DNA of 61,670 bases, filler included, from an uncultured Methanosarcinales archaeon (lineage in GTDB: Archaea; Nanobdellota; Nanobdellia; Woesearchaeales; CAZPJY01), in NCBI GenBank assembly GCA_964587045.1. It is 3 parts of 3 records of this genome, joined end to end, with 100 filler letters (N's around TTAATTAATTAA, not from the genome) between each part and the next. Parts side by side here need not be neighbours in the genome. Positions count along the whole stretch, not along the records: positions 23,363 to 45,329 come from CAZPJY010000030.1; 2 more parts are not named here. One strand, 5' to 3'. Numbering within the stretch: position 1 is the first letter of the stretch; each line of letters opens with the position of its first letter. Shown here piece after piece: positions 28,612 through 37,304 of this stretch. The translations under genes were made by a program, and so were the position numbers. A model generated the notes under the pieces. It was not told where the DNA came from, searched no databases, and saw nothing but the letters and a program-made list of their open reading frames with translations.

Positions 28612-28702
28612 CCCTACAAATACCTAAGAGTATTCTGTTGCAGAGTGGATTATTTAAATTTTTCTAGAAACCTATTTCAAACCTGCGCGATTCCCCTCCC
28701 GT

Positions 28703-29686
28703 ATGATATGCTTGGGGATCGAGTCGACCGCGCACACCTTCGGTGCCGGGATCGTCGACTCAGAGGGCAAGGTCTTGGCCAACGTGATCAGGTCTTTTTC
28801 AACCGAGGAGGGAGGCATGATTCCTGTAAAGGTGGCTGAGCACCACATAAAGGTCGTGGACGAGGCTATCATGACAGCGCTTGACGACGCGAAAGTCGCG
28901 CTGAAGGACATAGATTTGGTATCATTTTCCCAGGGGCCTGGGATGGGCCACTGCCTCAGGATCGGCGCGATGGCAGCTAGGTCGCTGGCGGTCCTGCATG
29001 GCAAGCCACTCGTCGGGGTCAACCACTGCATCGCCCACCTCGAGATAGGCGGAGCGGTCACACAGGCCAAGGACCCAGTGCTTCTGTACGCCTCGGGGGC
29101 CAACACCCAAATCATTGCATACGACGGGGGCAGGTACCGTATCTTCGGGGAGACCTTGGATATGGGGGTGGGCAACTTCCTCGACTCCTTCGCCCGTCAT
29201 GTTGGGCTGGGCTTTCCCGGAGGCCCCAAGGTGGCGGCTCTCGCTGAGAAGGGCGAGAAGCTGATACCCCTGCCGTACGTGGTCAAGGGAATGGACGTCT
29301 CGTTCGGAGGCATCCTGACCAACATCAAGCAGAAGCACGACTCAGGCAGGTTTGGGCTGGAGGACCTCTGCTACTCTGTGCAGGAGACTGTCTTTGCGAT
29401 GCTCACCGAGGTCGCTGAAAGGGCGATGGCACACTGCGGCAAGGACGAGCTGGTCCTGGGTGGCGGGGTCGCATGCAACAACCGCTTGAAGGAGATGGCC
29501 CGCATCATGTGCGAGGACCGCGGCGCGAGGTGTTTTGTGCCTGAGAACAGGCTCCTTGTCGACAATGCCGCGATGATAGCGTGGCTTGGGATCGTCGAGC
29601 ATCAGGCTGGAGTTTCCACAAATGTAGCGGAAGCTTCAATCCGGCCCTACGAGCGGACCGACGACGTCGAGGTCACCTGGCGGTAG
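28703..29686 (+). CDS. kae1: tRNA N6-threonylcarbamoyladenosine synthase Kae1
   Basis: GIESTAHTFG, SQGPGMG, VNHCIAHLEIG, SGANTQ, GETLD, DNAAMIA. Confidence 0.95.
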   Translation: MICLGIESTAHTFGAGIVDSEGKVLANVIRSFSTEEGGMIPVKVAEHHIKVVDEAIMTALDDAKVALKDIDLVSFSQGPGMGHCLRIGAMAARSLAVLHGKPLVGVNHCIAHLEIGGAVTQAKDPVLLYASGANTQIIAYDGGRYRIFGETLDMGVGNFLDSFARHVGLGFPGGPKVAALAEKGEKLIPLPYVVKGMDVSFGGILTNIKQKHDSGRFGLEDLCYSVQETVFAMLTEVAERAMAHCGKDELVLGGGVACNNRLKEMARIMCEDRGARCFVPENRLLVDNAAMIAWLGIVEHQAGVSTNVAEASIRPYERTDDVEVTWR

Positions 29687-29727
29687 AAAAGTATTTAAAA
29701 GAGGTGGCTGTTCCAACGCTTAGCCTC

Positions 29728-29811
29728 GCGGGGGTGCCGGAGCGGTCAAACGGGGCAGGTTCAGGGCCTGTTGGCTCAGTGCCTACGAGGGTTCGAATCC
29801 CTTCCCCCGCA
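29728..29811 (+). tRNA. tRNA-Leu(CAG), no intron, CCA not encoded
   Basis: Acceptor GCGGGGG/CCCCCGC, anticodon arm GCAGG-TTCAGGG-CCTGT, long variable arm, T arm GAGGG-TTCGAAT-CCCTT, discriminator A, followed by a T-run. Confidence 0.93.
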
Positions 29812-29886
29812 TTTTTTGCATCCTGATGTGTTTATGCGTTGAGGAAAAGCCAGTAAAGCTGGTAGAGATACTAATGAGGAACCAAA

Positions 29887-30249
29887 ATGAGAAATGAGAA
29901 CAGAAGTGGTGGCCGCAGGGAAGGCGGTCCAAGAAGGAGTGGTGGCCGCAGGGAAGGCGGTTTCAGTAGGGATGGTGGCCGCAGGGAAGGCGGTTTCAGT
30001 AGGGATGGTGGCCGCAGGGAAGGCGGTTTCAGCAGGGATGGTGGCCGCAGGGAAGGCGGTTTCAGCAGGGATGGTGGCCGCAGGAGTGGCGGTTTCAGCA
30101 GAGGAGGCTTCAGCCGCGGTCCAAGGGAGATGCACAAGGCGATCTGCGCAGAATGCAAAAAGGAGTGTGAGGTTCCTTTCAAGCCAACTGAAGGAAAACC
30201 TGTTTTTTGTCGGGAATGCTTTCAGAAGCATAGGCCCCAACGGTACTAG
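29887..30249 (+). CDS. CxxC-x17-CxxC zinc-ribbon protein with R/G-rich repeat N-terminus
   Basis: REMHKAICAECKKECEVPFKPTEGKPVFCRECF after (GGRREGGFSRD)n. Confidence 0.88.
   Translation: MRNENRSGGRREGGPRRSGGRREGGFSRDGGRREGGFSRDGGRREGGFSRDGGRREGGFSRDGGRRSGGFSRGGFSRGPREMHKAICAECKKECEVPFKPTEGKPVFCRECFQKHRPQRY
29908..30105 (+). repeat. in-frame 33-nt tandem repeat, 6 units
   Basis: Unit GGTGGCCGCAGGGAAGGCGGTTTCAG(T/C)AGGGAT; first and last units are degenerate. Confidence 0.95.
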
Positions 30250-30508
30250 TTCCAAATTTTTTCAATTTTTATCTGCTCCTGATTATTTTTCCCTAGCACG
30301 GTTCATACGATGTGTGAAAAATTTTATCGTCGAGAGGATGAAGGGGTCATGCAATATTAATCTATACTTGTCATCCGCGTCCGGCTGGGAATGTCATGAT
30401 TTTCAAATTAACTACTATAAAGTGATTAACGCCTTATTCAGCCTTTTCTTGACGAATCAAGCCATATTGTGTTCCACCTCGGTAAAAGGAGGCCTAAATT
30501 ACGAAAAG

Positions 30509-30714
30509 TTTATATAGTCAGAAGGTAATACAGAAAGGAACAGTTACGCTTAACCCTAGAAACGAGAGTGAGGGACCTGTTGGGGTTTGTTCGCCCGACG
30601 CTCAGGGTCGTAGAGACGACATGGATTACGACGGCAGTAAGCTGCCGGAAACGGATGCACGTCCGTTCGGTTGTCTTCACACAACAACCGAAAACACATG
30701 GAGGTGTGTAGTAT
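30509..30714 (+). promoter_or_regulatory. S-layer gene promoter (TTTATATA at 30509) and long structured 5' leader
   Basis: AAAAG-TTTATATA BRE/TATA about 200 nt upstream of the ATG; at least five adjacent hairpins in the leader. Confidence 0.65.
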
Positions 30715-33108
30715 ATGAAAGTGCGGAAGGCATTGAAAAAGATCGTTGCCTTAGGCGCAGGTTTAAGCATGTTGGGTGCCACTCTGATGGGCGCCATGGC
30801 TGACCTGAGCGATTACCCAGCACCATTCGTTGAGGATGGTCAGGCAGATTTCCTGATCGTAATCGGCGAGAGTGCAATCGTCGCAGACGTTATTGGGTCA
30901 ATCGACATCGCAACGAGCTTACAAGTCGACTCAGTGACGAAGACAACCGTCGCAGTCGAAGGCGCTGCCCAGACTGATGTCGTGGGCGGCGTCGAGGTTG
31001 CTGAGACAGGTGATAGGTTGAACCTGAATCAGGCCTGGGAAAGCGCCAAAGCCGAGTTTACGGACAAGGATTTCCCCGAACTGCTAGCGGATGGCATCGT
31101 TGAGGATGACGACGACAACGAGGAATACGACTACCGACAGAGCATCGTTCTGGATAACGGCCCAGCAGTCATGTTCGGCAGGCCAGATAACGATCTCGGA
31201 AACGACCCTGTGGTGTATCTCGATCTCTCAGCAGATCCTGTCTACACGATGGAAGTCGACTTCGTCGGCCAGGCTCTGGACATCACGGCCCTGAACGACA
31301 ACGAGGAGATCAACATGTTCGGCATCACCTACACGTTTGACAACGGCATCGATGCGACCGATGAGATCGTCCTGTACGGCTCAGACGTCACAGCGACCGT
31401 CAACGTAGGTGAGACCATAACCATTGCCGGCATCGAGATCTCAGTCACTGGTGCGAACACCGACTCGAACACCGCGATCATCGTGGTGAACGGCGCGACC
31501 AAGCAGGTCGAAGAGGGCGATTACGTCACAGTCGGCGGCACTCAGCTGTATGTCAAGAACATCTTCTTGCAGACTATCCCTGTGGAGAGCGCTGCGGTTG
31601 AGTTCTTTGTCGGCAGCACTGAGCTGACCCTGCCTGCTTGCGACGGTTCGTCAGGAGATGTCGAGATCGACGGAGAAGCTGTTGACGGTGTTGAGTTCAC
31701 CTGCACAGGAACCGGTAACAATGACACTGGCTTGTTCCAGTTCATGGTGACTCCGAGTGACTTCGCGGACGACCTGGACCAATGGCTCGTCATGGGCGAC
31801 GTTCTCAATGACCCTCTTTTCGGGACATTCGAGATCAACTTCGCCGGTGCTGTCCCCTCTCTGATGTCTGCGGATGGCAAGATTAAGACTGAGCTCAAGG
31901 TCAGTGGCGACAAGATTGCAGTCAACACGATGAATGAGGATAGCGACTCTGTGACGTTCTATCCATACGAGCTGAACGGTTCAGACTACCTGGAACTGCA
32001 GGAAGACTGGGGCCCGAATGGAATGGACGACCTGGAGAAGGACAACTGGTTCATCGAGAACAGCGGCGACGTCTGGTCTGTTTTCACCATCGACAGGATC
32101 TACAAGGAAAACAATGTAGAAAAGGTTGACATTGAAAACATGGGCGACGGAACTACAAGGGCCTACACGGCAGGAGAGGCTATCATCGGTACACAGTGTA
32201 CTGTTGGTGCCATCAACTACGCTGCAAGCCCAAGGAACGTCAACCTGACCGGAGCGAACTGCGGTAACGACGGCGCATGGCCAGCCTTGGAGCGGGACTT
32301 CCTGTCCAAGAATGACCTGCTGTTGACATTCGATACCGCGAATGCGCACAACGCAAGTGGTGACGACGCCTACACTATCACCTTCGCTGAAGGACTGGCA
32401 AGGAAGGAAACTGCTGATGTTGCTCTGGCAACATTTACCATCGATGCCAGGGATGATGCCGAAGCTGATAGTGAGGATTGGGATCTCGGACTCGTTAACT
32501 TCCAGGAGACGATTGGCAATGGTTACATAGAGAGGGATGATGACAATGATTATGAGTATTATCTCTCTGAAGTTGGAACCTACGGCAAGCTGGACTACGC
32601 TGACAACACGCAGCTCGAGATTTGGTACCCGTATGACGAAGAGGTCTATTACCAGGTCTACTTCGCCCCGACCGGTGCCAAGTCAATCAAGTCTGGCGGA
32701 GCATCAGGTGTCGAGACCGAAGTCGTCAACCCGATCGGCGTCGGTGCGGCAGTCATGGACAGCGATGCGCCCAGCCCGGACACAGCGAATCTCATCGTTG
32801 TGGGCGGTCCGTGCGCTAACACAGTCGCTGCCAGCCTGATGGGCAACCCGGCCAACTGTGCTGCGGGCTTCGTGGAAGGCAAGGCGAAGATCAAGTACTT
32901 CGCTAGGGCCAACGACCATGCGTCAATCCTGGTCGCTGGTTACAGCGCTCTGGATACGCAGGGCGCTTGCCGTGTGCTTGCCAACTACGAGGACTACGCT
33001 GGCGAACTGGTGGGAGATGAGGTCGAGGTCACTGTGACCGACCTGTCGACTCTGACCCTGTCAGCTCCGAGCGCAGAGCCTGAAGTAGTCGAAGAGGAAG
33101 GCGAGTAA
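30715..33108 (+). CDS. major S-layer protein (Methanococcales/Thermococcales-type N- and C-terminal domains)
   Basis: KKIVALGAG.SMLGAT signal, DLSDYPAPFV..G, DVIGSIDIA, C-terminal NLIVVGGPCAN...VAGYSA.DT; highly acidic. Confidence 0.9.
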   Translation: MKVRKALKKIVALGAGLSMLGATLMGAMADLSDYPAPFVEDGQADFLIVIGESAIVADVIGSIDIATSLQVDSVTKTTVAVEGAAQTDVVGGVEVAETGDRLNLNQAWESAKAEFTDKDFPELLADGIVEDDDDNEEYDYRQSIVLDNGPAVMFGRPDNDLGNDPVVYLDLSADPVYTMEVDFVGQALDITALNDNEEINMFGITYTFDNGIDATDEIVLYGSDVTATVNVGETITIAGIEISVTGANTDSNTAIIVVNGATKQVEEGDYVTVGGTQLYVKNIFLQTIPVESAAVEFFVGSTELTLPACDGSSGDVEIDGEAVDGVEFTCTGTGNNDTGLFQFMVTPSDFADDLDQWLVMGDVLNDPLFGTFEINFAGAVPSLMSADGKIKTELKVSGDKIAVNTMNEDSDSVTFYPYELNGSDYLELQEDWGPNGMDDLEKDNWFIENSGDVWSVFTIDRIYKENNVEKVDIENMGDGTTRAYTAGEAIIGTQCTVGAINYAASPRNVNLTGANCGNDGAWPALERDFLSKNDLLLTFDTANAHNASGDDAYTITFAEGLARKETADVALATFTIDARDDAEADSEDWDLGLVNFQETIGNGYIERDDDNDYEYYLSEVGTYGKLDYADNTQLEIWYPYDEEVYYQVYFAPTGAKSIKSGGASGVETEVVNPIGVGAAVMDSDAPSPDTANLIVVGGPCANTVAASLMGNPANCAAGFVEGKAKIKYFARANDHASILVAGYSALDTQGACRVLANYEDYAGELVGDEVEVTVTDLSTLTLSAPSAEPEVVEEEGE

Positions 33109-33117
33109 GCAGAACAC

Positions 33118-33156
33118 GCGCGCTGAAAGCGCGCACTTTTTATCTTTTTTCTTCTT
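33118..33156 (+). terminator. GC hairpin plus T-tract after the S-layer gene
   Basis: GCGCGCT-GAA-AGCGCGC followed by ACTTTTTATCTTTTTTCTTCTT. Confidence 0.75.
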
Positions 33157-34353
33157 CTATACAACCTTGCCAAAGAAGATATTGTGCTTGCTCCTTAGAA
33201 TTCTGACTTTTACGTTACCGCTTCTCTCTGCCCCTATGACTGTAATATTCCTGTTGTCGAAAACGCCGAGCATCTCCCCGTCGTGCCGGCCTGGCGCGAC
33301 AATCCTCACATCCACGACCATACCCCTCTTCGCCGGGAGCTCAAGCTTGGCAGACGGCCTGACAGAGCTCTTGCCAAACCTCATGAGGGTGACCTTTTTC
33401 CGCTTTTCCAGGCCGCCCAGCCACGAATAGAAATCATCCCATGGCAGCTGGTCCACCGGATTCCTGCCTTTCTTGTAGGCCAAGAAGTTCTGGATGCCGA
33501 CGTCGTCAACACCAGCCTCTCCGGCGAAATCAACCAGAGCCTCAATCTCGTCGTCGTTCATGCCGTGCAGCAGCACAGGAGCGATTATCACCCTCAAACC
33601 CCTGCTTTTTGCGTACTTCACCATCTCCTTGACGTGCTCGACGTTGTAGGTCGTGCCTGCCAGCCTGCAGGCCATATCGTGCGAGAACGCGTTGATTGAC
33701 ACGTTCAGCTGGGTGAGCCCTGCCTCGATCAGCCTGTCTATGAGCTTTGTTGTGAGCATAGTGCCGTTCGTGATGATGGCAAGGGTCCTAATTTTGCGCA
33801 GACTGGATATTCCGCTGATAAGCTCGACCATGTCCGCGTACAGCAGCGGCTCGCCGTGGGTGTTCACGAAGACGTCCACCTCGCAGTTCTTTACCTCCAG
33901 CAGGGACCCGAGCTCCTCTGTCAGGTAGCGTGCGTCGACCACGTAGTCTGTGTCATTTGGCGTGCCCCTTCCCTCATCCACAGAGCAGAAGATGCATTTC
34001 AGGTTGCATCCTGTCATGGGCTTGACCTCGACGATGTTGGAGTTCCTGTCCACGATTCCGAAAGCCTGGTTGCCGATCAGCGGTATGCCCGAGGCCCTGT
34101 GGATGTAGACCGCCTTCCTTCCTAAAGACGACCTGAGATTAAGGAAGCCCTGATCCAGCAGCCTCTGGAACTTGTGCCTCGCCTTTGCCTCGGACACGTC
34201 TTCGAAGCTGATGGTCCCGCCCCTGGCCTCGAAAGGGCCTATCTTTGCCAGCTCGGTTTCCGGGATGTGGAACCAAAAGAGGTTTTGGAATATCACCTTG
34301 AGCCTGCTCTTGTCTCGCGTGAATCTCAAGGTCTCGAAGGTAAGTTCTGCCAT
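33157..34353 (-). CDS. radical SAM protein with C-terminal TRAM-like domain (archaeal Fe-S oxidoreductase)
   Basis: CNLKCIFC, GEPLLY, TNG; C-terminal VRIVAPGR..GEMLG...VRILRSKHNIF. Confidence 0.85.
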   Translation of the reverse strand: MAELTFETLRFTRDKSRLKVIFQNLFWFHIPETELAKIGPFEARGGTISFEDVSEAKARHKFQRLLDQGFLNLRSSLGRKAVYIHRASGIPLIGNQAFGIVDRNSNIVEVKPMTGCNLKCIFCSVDEGRGTPNDTDYVVDARYLTEELGSLLEVKNCEVDVFVNTHGEPLLYADMVELISGISSLRKIRTLAIITNGTMLTTKLIDRLIEAGLTQLNVSINAFSHDMACRLAGTTYNVEHVKEMVKYAKSRGLRVIIAPVLLHGMNDDEIEALVDFAGEAGVDDVGIQNFLAYKKGRNPVDQLPWDDFYSWLGGLEKRKKVTLMRFGKSSVRPSAKLELPAKRGMVVDVRIVAPGRHDGEMLGVFDNRNITVIGAERSGNVKVRILRSKHNIFFGKVV

Positions 34354-34406
34354 GAATTTTCGGGTTTTCCCTCAACTTTATAAACATGATGCGTTTTCCA
34401 TTCCGC

Positions 34407-35000
34407 ATGGCTGACAAGGAGATCAACATCACCTTCGAGACCCTGTTCGAGATTCTGAGGACAGAGAAGAACCGCGAGGAGCTCCAGCGGCTGCCCGAGA
34501 CTTTCTTCGGCGATTTCAAGGCGTATTTTCAGGAGAAGCAGAGCATCATCAGGAGCTTAAAATCCAGGGGTGAGGAGGCTGATGAGGGCCAGATAGGAAA
34601 CATCACGCGGATGATGCGGGAGCTGTACGAGGCAAGGGAGCATAAGTTAATCAAGCTGGCCATACACCAGTCCCGATCCTCAGAGGCCATTGACACAGGC
34701 AACCTCCTTCCCAGTGAGAAGAGGCTCTTCTCCTCGCTGAGCCGGATCCTCGTCGACTACAAAAAGGAGGTCCTCGACCAGCTGATGACTGAGACCCCGA
34801 AGGAAGCGCCCTCACCGGCCCGGCCAGCACTGGTCAGGGAGGAGCCGCCAACCGAGCTCAAGGTGACCTTCACCTCTGACATCCCCAAGTTCCTGGACAG
34901 GGAGCGCACGGTGCACGGGCCATTTGCCAAGGGCGACCAAGCAAGCCTCCCTCCAGAGATAGCAAATATCCTGATAAGGAAAGGAAAGGCCAAGCCATAA
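34407..35000 (+). CDS. GINS complex subunit (Gins15/Gins51-like)
   Basis: EKNREELQRLPETFF, RE.KL..LA, L.P.EK.LF; C-terminal B domain DIPKF...GPF.KGD.A.LP..IA.ILI.KGKA. Confidence 0.8.
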   Translation: MADKEINITFETLFEILRTEKNREELQRLPETFFGDFKAYFQEKQSIIRSLKSRGEEADEGQIGNITRMMRELYEAREHKLIKLAIHQSRSSEAIDTGNLLPSEKRLFSSLSRILVDYKKEVLDQLMTETPKEAPSPARPALVREEPPTELKVTFTSDIPKFLDRERTVHGPFAKGDQASLPPEIANILIRKGKAKP

Positions 35001-35033
35001 CCTTTAAATACTCTATACCATTCCCTGAGGACG

Positions 35034-35342
35034 ATGAAAAAGCCCAAGAATGTCAAGCGACTGTGCCCTTACTGCAAGAAGCACACCGAGCACAAGGTTT
35101 CGCAGACCAAGAAGAAGAACCCCAGCTCGCTGTCCTACGGATCAAAGGTCAGAGCCAAGCTGCGAGGGAAGGCTAGGGGCACCGGTAACCAGGGCAGGTA
35201 TTCGAAGCCTCCTGTTGGCAACTTCAAGAGGACCGGGGCCAAGACCAGCAAGAAGACGGACTTCCGGTACGAGTGCAAGGAGTGCAAGAAGGTGCACGTG
35301 CAGTCCCACGGCATCAGGGCAAAAAGGGTCGAGCTGGTCTGA
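35034..35342 (+). CDS. rpl44e: 50S ribosomal protein L44e
   Basis: PK...RLCPYCKKHTEHKV...KK.DFRYECKECKK. Confidence 0.93.
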   Translation: MKKPKNVKRLCPYCKKHTEHKVSQTKKKNPSSLSYGSKVRAKLRGKARGTGNQGRYSKPPVGNFKRTGAKTSKKTDFRYECKECKKVHVQSHGIRAKRVELV

Positions 35343-35382
35343 TTTCTAAATCTTTATAAACATCGCAGGGCTTCCCCGAAGC

Positions 35383-36360
35383 ATGAAGGACAGGAAGCCC
35401 AAGGTCATCGTAAAGAGGCAGTCTGAGACCTCGAGCAGATTCGGATGCGAACCGGACAGGAGGAGCATCGAGGAGCATATCGACCTTGGCATAGTGGTCG
35501 TGGACAAGCCCAAGGGACCGACATCCCACCAGGTGTCGGCATACGTCCAGCAGATCCTGAGCATCAAGAAGTCAGGCCACTCAGGCACGCTTGACCCCAA
35601 GGTCACAGGCGTGCTGCCTGTGGCGCTGGGCAGGGCCACGAGGATTGTGGAGGTTCTGCTGAAGTCGGGCAAGGAGTACGTCGGCATCATGCACCTGCAC
35701 AAGGAGGTGCCGGAAATCGAGATCTTCAAAACCTGCGAGAAGTTCGTCGGCAAGATAAGCCAGCTTCCGCCCATCAAGAGCGCCGTGAAGAGGCAGGTCA
35801 GAGAGAGGAGGGTCTACTACCTCGATGTGCTCGAGGTGTCAGGTCAGGACGTGCTCTTCCGCACAGGAACCCAGGCGGGAACGTACATCAGGAAGCTGTG
35901 CCACGACATCGGCGAGGCTTTGGGTGTGGGCGCGCACATGACAGAGCTCAGGCGCACCAAGGCAGGCCCGTTCGTCGAATCAGACCTGCACACCCTCCAG
36001 GAGCTGAGGGACGCGTACTATTACTACAAGGAGGAGGGCAAGGAGGAATACCTGAGGAGGGTCATCCGGCCAGTTGAGGACGGCGTGGCTGCCCTACCCA
36101 AGGTGTGGGTGCTGGACACGAGCGTCAACAGCCTATGCCACGGCGCCAACCTGCATTCGCCAGGCGTCGCGAGATATGAGGATGACATCGAGCCCGACCA
36201 GGCAATAGCCCTCATGACCCTGAAGGGCGAGCTAATAGCCCTCGCCAAGTCAAGGGTAAACTCCAAGGGGATGGCGGCCGAAAAGGGACTCGTGGCGGTA
36301 ACCCATAAGGTTTTCATGCAGCCGGGGACATACCCAAGGGTAGAACCTAATCCACAGTGA
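35383..36360 (+). CDS. cbf5: H/ACA RNA-guided pseudouridine synthase Cbf5
   Basis: DKPKGPTSHQV, GHSGTLDPKVTGVL, AGTYIRKLCHDIG, ELRRT; C-terminal PUA domain. Confidence 0.95.
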   Translation: MKDRKPKVIVKRQSETSSRFGCEPDRRSIEEHIDLGIVVVDKPKGPTSHQVSAYVQQILSIKKSGHSGTLDPKVTGVLPVALGRATRIVEVLLKSGKEYVGIMHLHKEVPEIEIFKTCEKFVGKISQLPPIKSAVKRQVRERRVYYLDVLEVSGQDVLFRTGTQAGTYIRKLCHDIGEALGVGAHMTELRRTKAGPFVESDLHTLQELRDAYYYYKEEGKEEYLRRVIRPVEDGVAALPKVWVLDTSVNSLCHGANLHSPGVARYEDDIEPDQAIALMTLKGELIALAKSRVNSKGMAAEKGLVAVTHKVFMQPGTYPRVEPNPQ

Positions 36361-36637
36361 ACAGCTCAGAATCGTGTTCCACGTCGAACAGGCCGATCCT
36401 TGCGCCCGCGTCGAGCCACCCGTGGGCGTAGTTGAGGGCGGCAAAAGCCGTGACGGCATCGCCCTTCTCCTGGAAGTGCTTTGCGTCCGTGAAGTAGCGC
36501 CTGGCCATGTCCAGGAAGTCCACCGCTGCTGAGTGCAGCTTCGACCCTTCGGGCACGGCTATCTTGGCCTTGCCCAGCGCCTTTTCGGTCACCGAGAAAT
36601 ATTTCTCCAGCTTGTCTTTGGTGATGGTGTTATCCAT
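36347..36637 (-). CDS. DUF357 family protein
   Basis: MARRYFTDAKHF.EKGD.V.AFAALNYAHGWLDAG. Confidence 0.88.
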   Translation of the reverse strand: MDNTITKDKLEKYFSVTEKALGKAKIAVPEGSKLHSAAVDFLDMARRYFTDAKHFQEKGDAVTAFAALNYAHGWLDAGARIGLFDVEHDSELFTVD

Positions 36638-36683
36638 GTTTATGCAGGTATTCGCGTCGCGTATAAAATTCTTGCCATCTGGG

Positions 36684-37124
36684 TCAAAGCCTTCCGACCG
36701 AATCCTCCTTGATCGTGTTCAGTACCATCTTGGTCTCTGTGCGCTCGACGAAGTCGTAGCCCTGGATGAGCTTGAGGAACCTGTCAAGGGTCCTCCTGTT
36801 CCGAAACATAGCAAGCAGTGTAGCGTCGAAATGCCCTGTGGTGTCGTAGACTGCGACGACGTTGGGGTGCGAAGCTATCTTACGCTCAACCATCAGCAGC
36901 TTGCCCTTGGAGATGCGCAGGTCGATCATGACGTGGAGGTCGTACCCCAACAGCTCGTAGTCCAGCAGGGTGGTGTACTTCCTGATGATTCCATCTGATT
37001 CCATGCCTTTCACGTGCGCCATCACTGTCGCTGCGCTCACCTTGAGCTTCTTTGCAAGCTGGTGGTAGGACTGCCTGGAATTCTTGGTAAGCTGCGTAAG
37101 TATCTTTCTGTCGATTTCTTGCAT
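36684..37124 (-). CDS. Lrp/AsnC family regulator, divergent from glnA
   Basis: IDRKIL..L..NSR.SY..LAKKL HTH; VYDTTGHFD RAM domain. Confidence 0.93.
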   Translation of the reverse strand: MQEIDRKILTQLTKNSRQSYHQLAKKLKVSAATVMAHVKGMESDGIIRKYTTLLDYELLGYDLHVMIDLRISKGKLLMVERKIASHPNVVAVYDTTGHFDATLLAMFRNRRTLDRFLKLIQGYDFVERTETKMVLNTIKEDSVGRL

Positions 37125-37162
37125 TCAAAACACCTGTTTATATTTTGATTATATCTGCACAA

Positions 37163-37220
37163 TTTTATGAACAAATTTAAAATTTTCCTTTTTTTTATGA
37201 ACGGATTTTAAAATTTTTCC
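37163..37220. promoter_or_regulatory. direct repeat TTTTATGAAC...TTTAAAATTTT(T)CC x2, 30-bp period
   Basis: Copies begin at 37163 and 37193 in the lrp-glnA divergent promoter region. Confidence 0.55.
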
Positions 37221-37304
37221 CATAGTGTTATATTAATCATCTTGGCTTATTTTCACAGGTTACAATGTTTTTGTATGACATGATTCGAACCTAGAGGTGG
37301 GGAT

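Noticed and set aside
29728..29811. tRNA-Leu as an integration site for a mobile element
   Set aside because: No duplicated tRNA 3' end was noticed and no integrase, transposase or viral gene is present in the window.
29908..30105. 33-nt repeats as a CRISPR array
   Set aside because: Units are head-to-tail without unique spacers, in frame within a CDS, and no cas genes are present.
29776..30517. Alternative-frame ORFs over the repeat tract (29776-30255, 29871-30182, 29894-30517)
   Set aside because: Open only because the repeat lacks stops; the frame with the CxxC-x17-CxxC domain is the credible gene.
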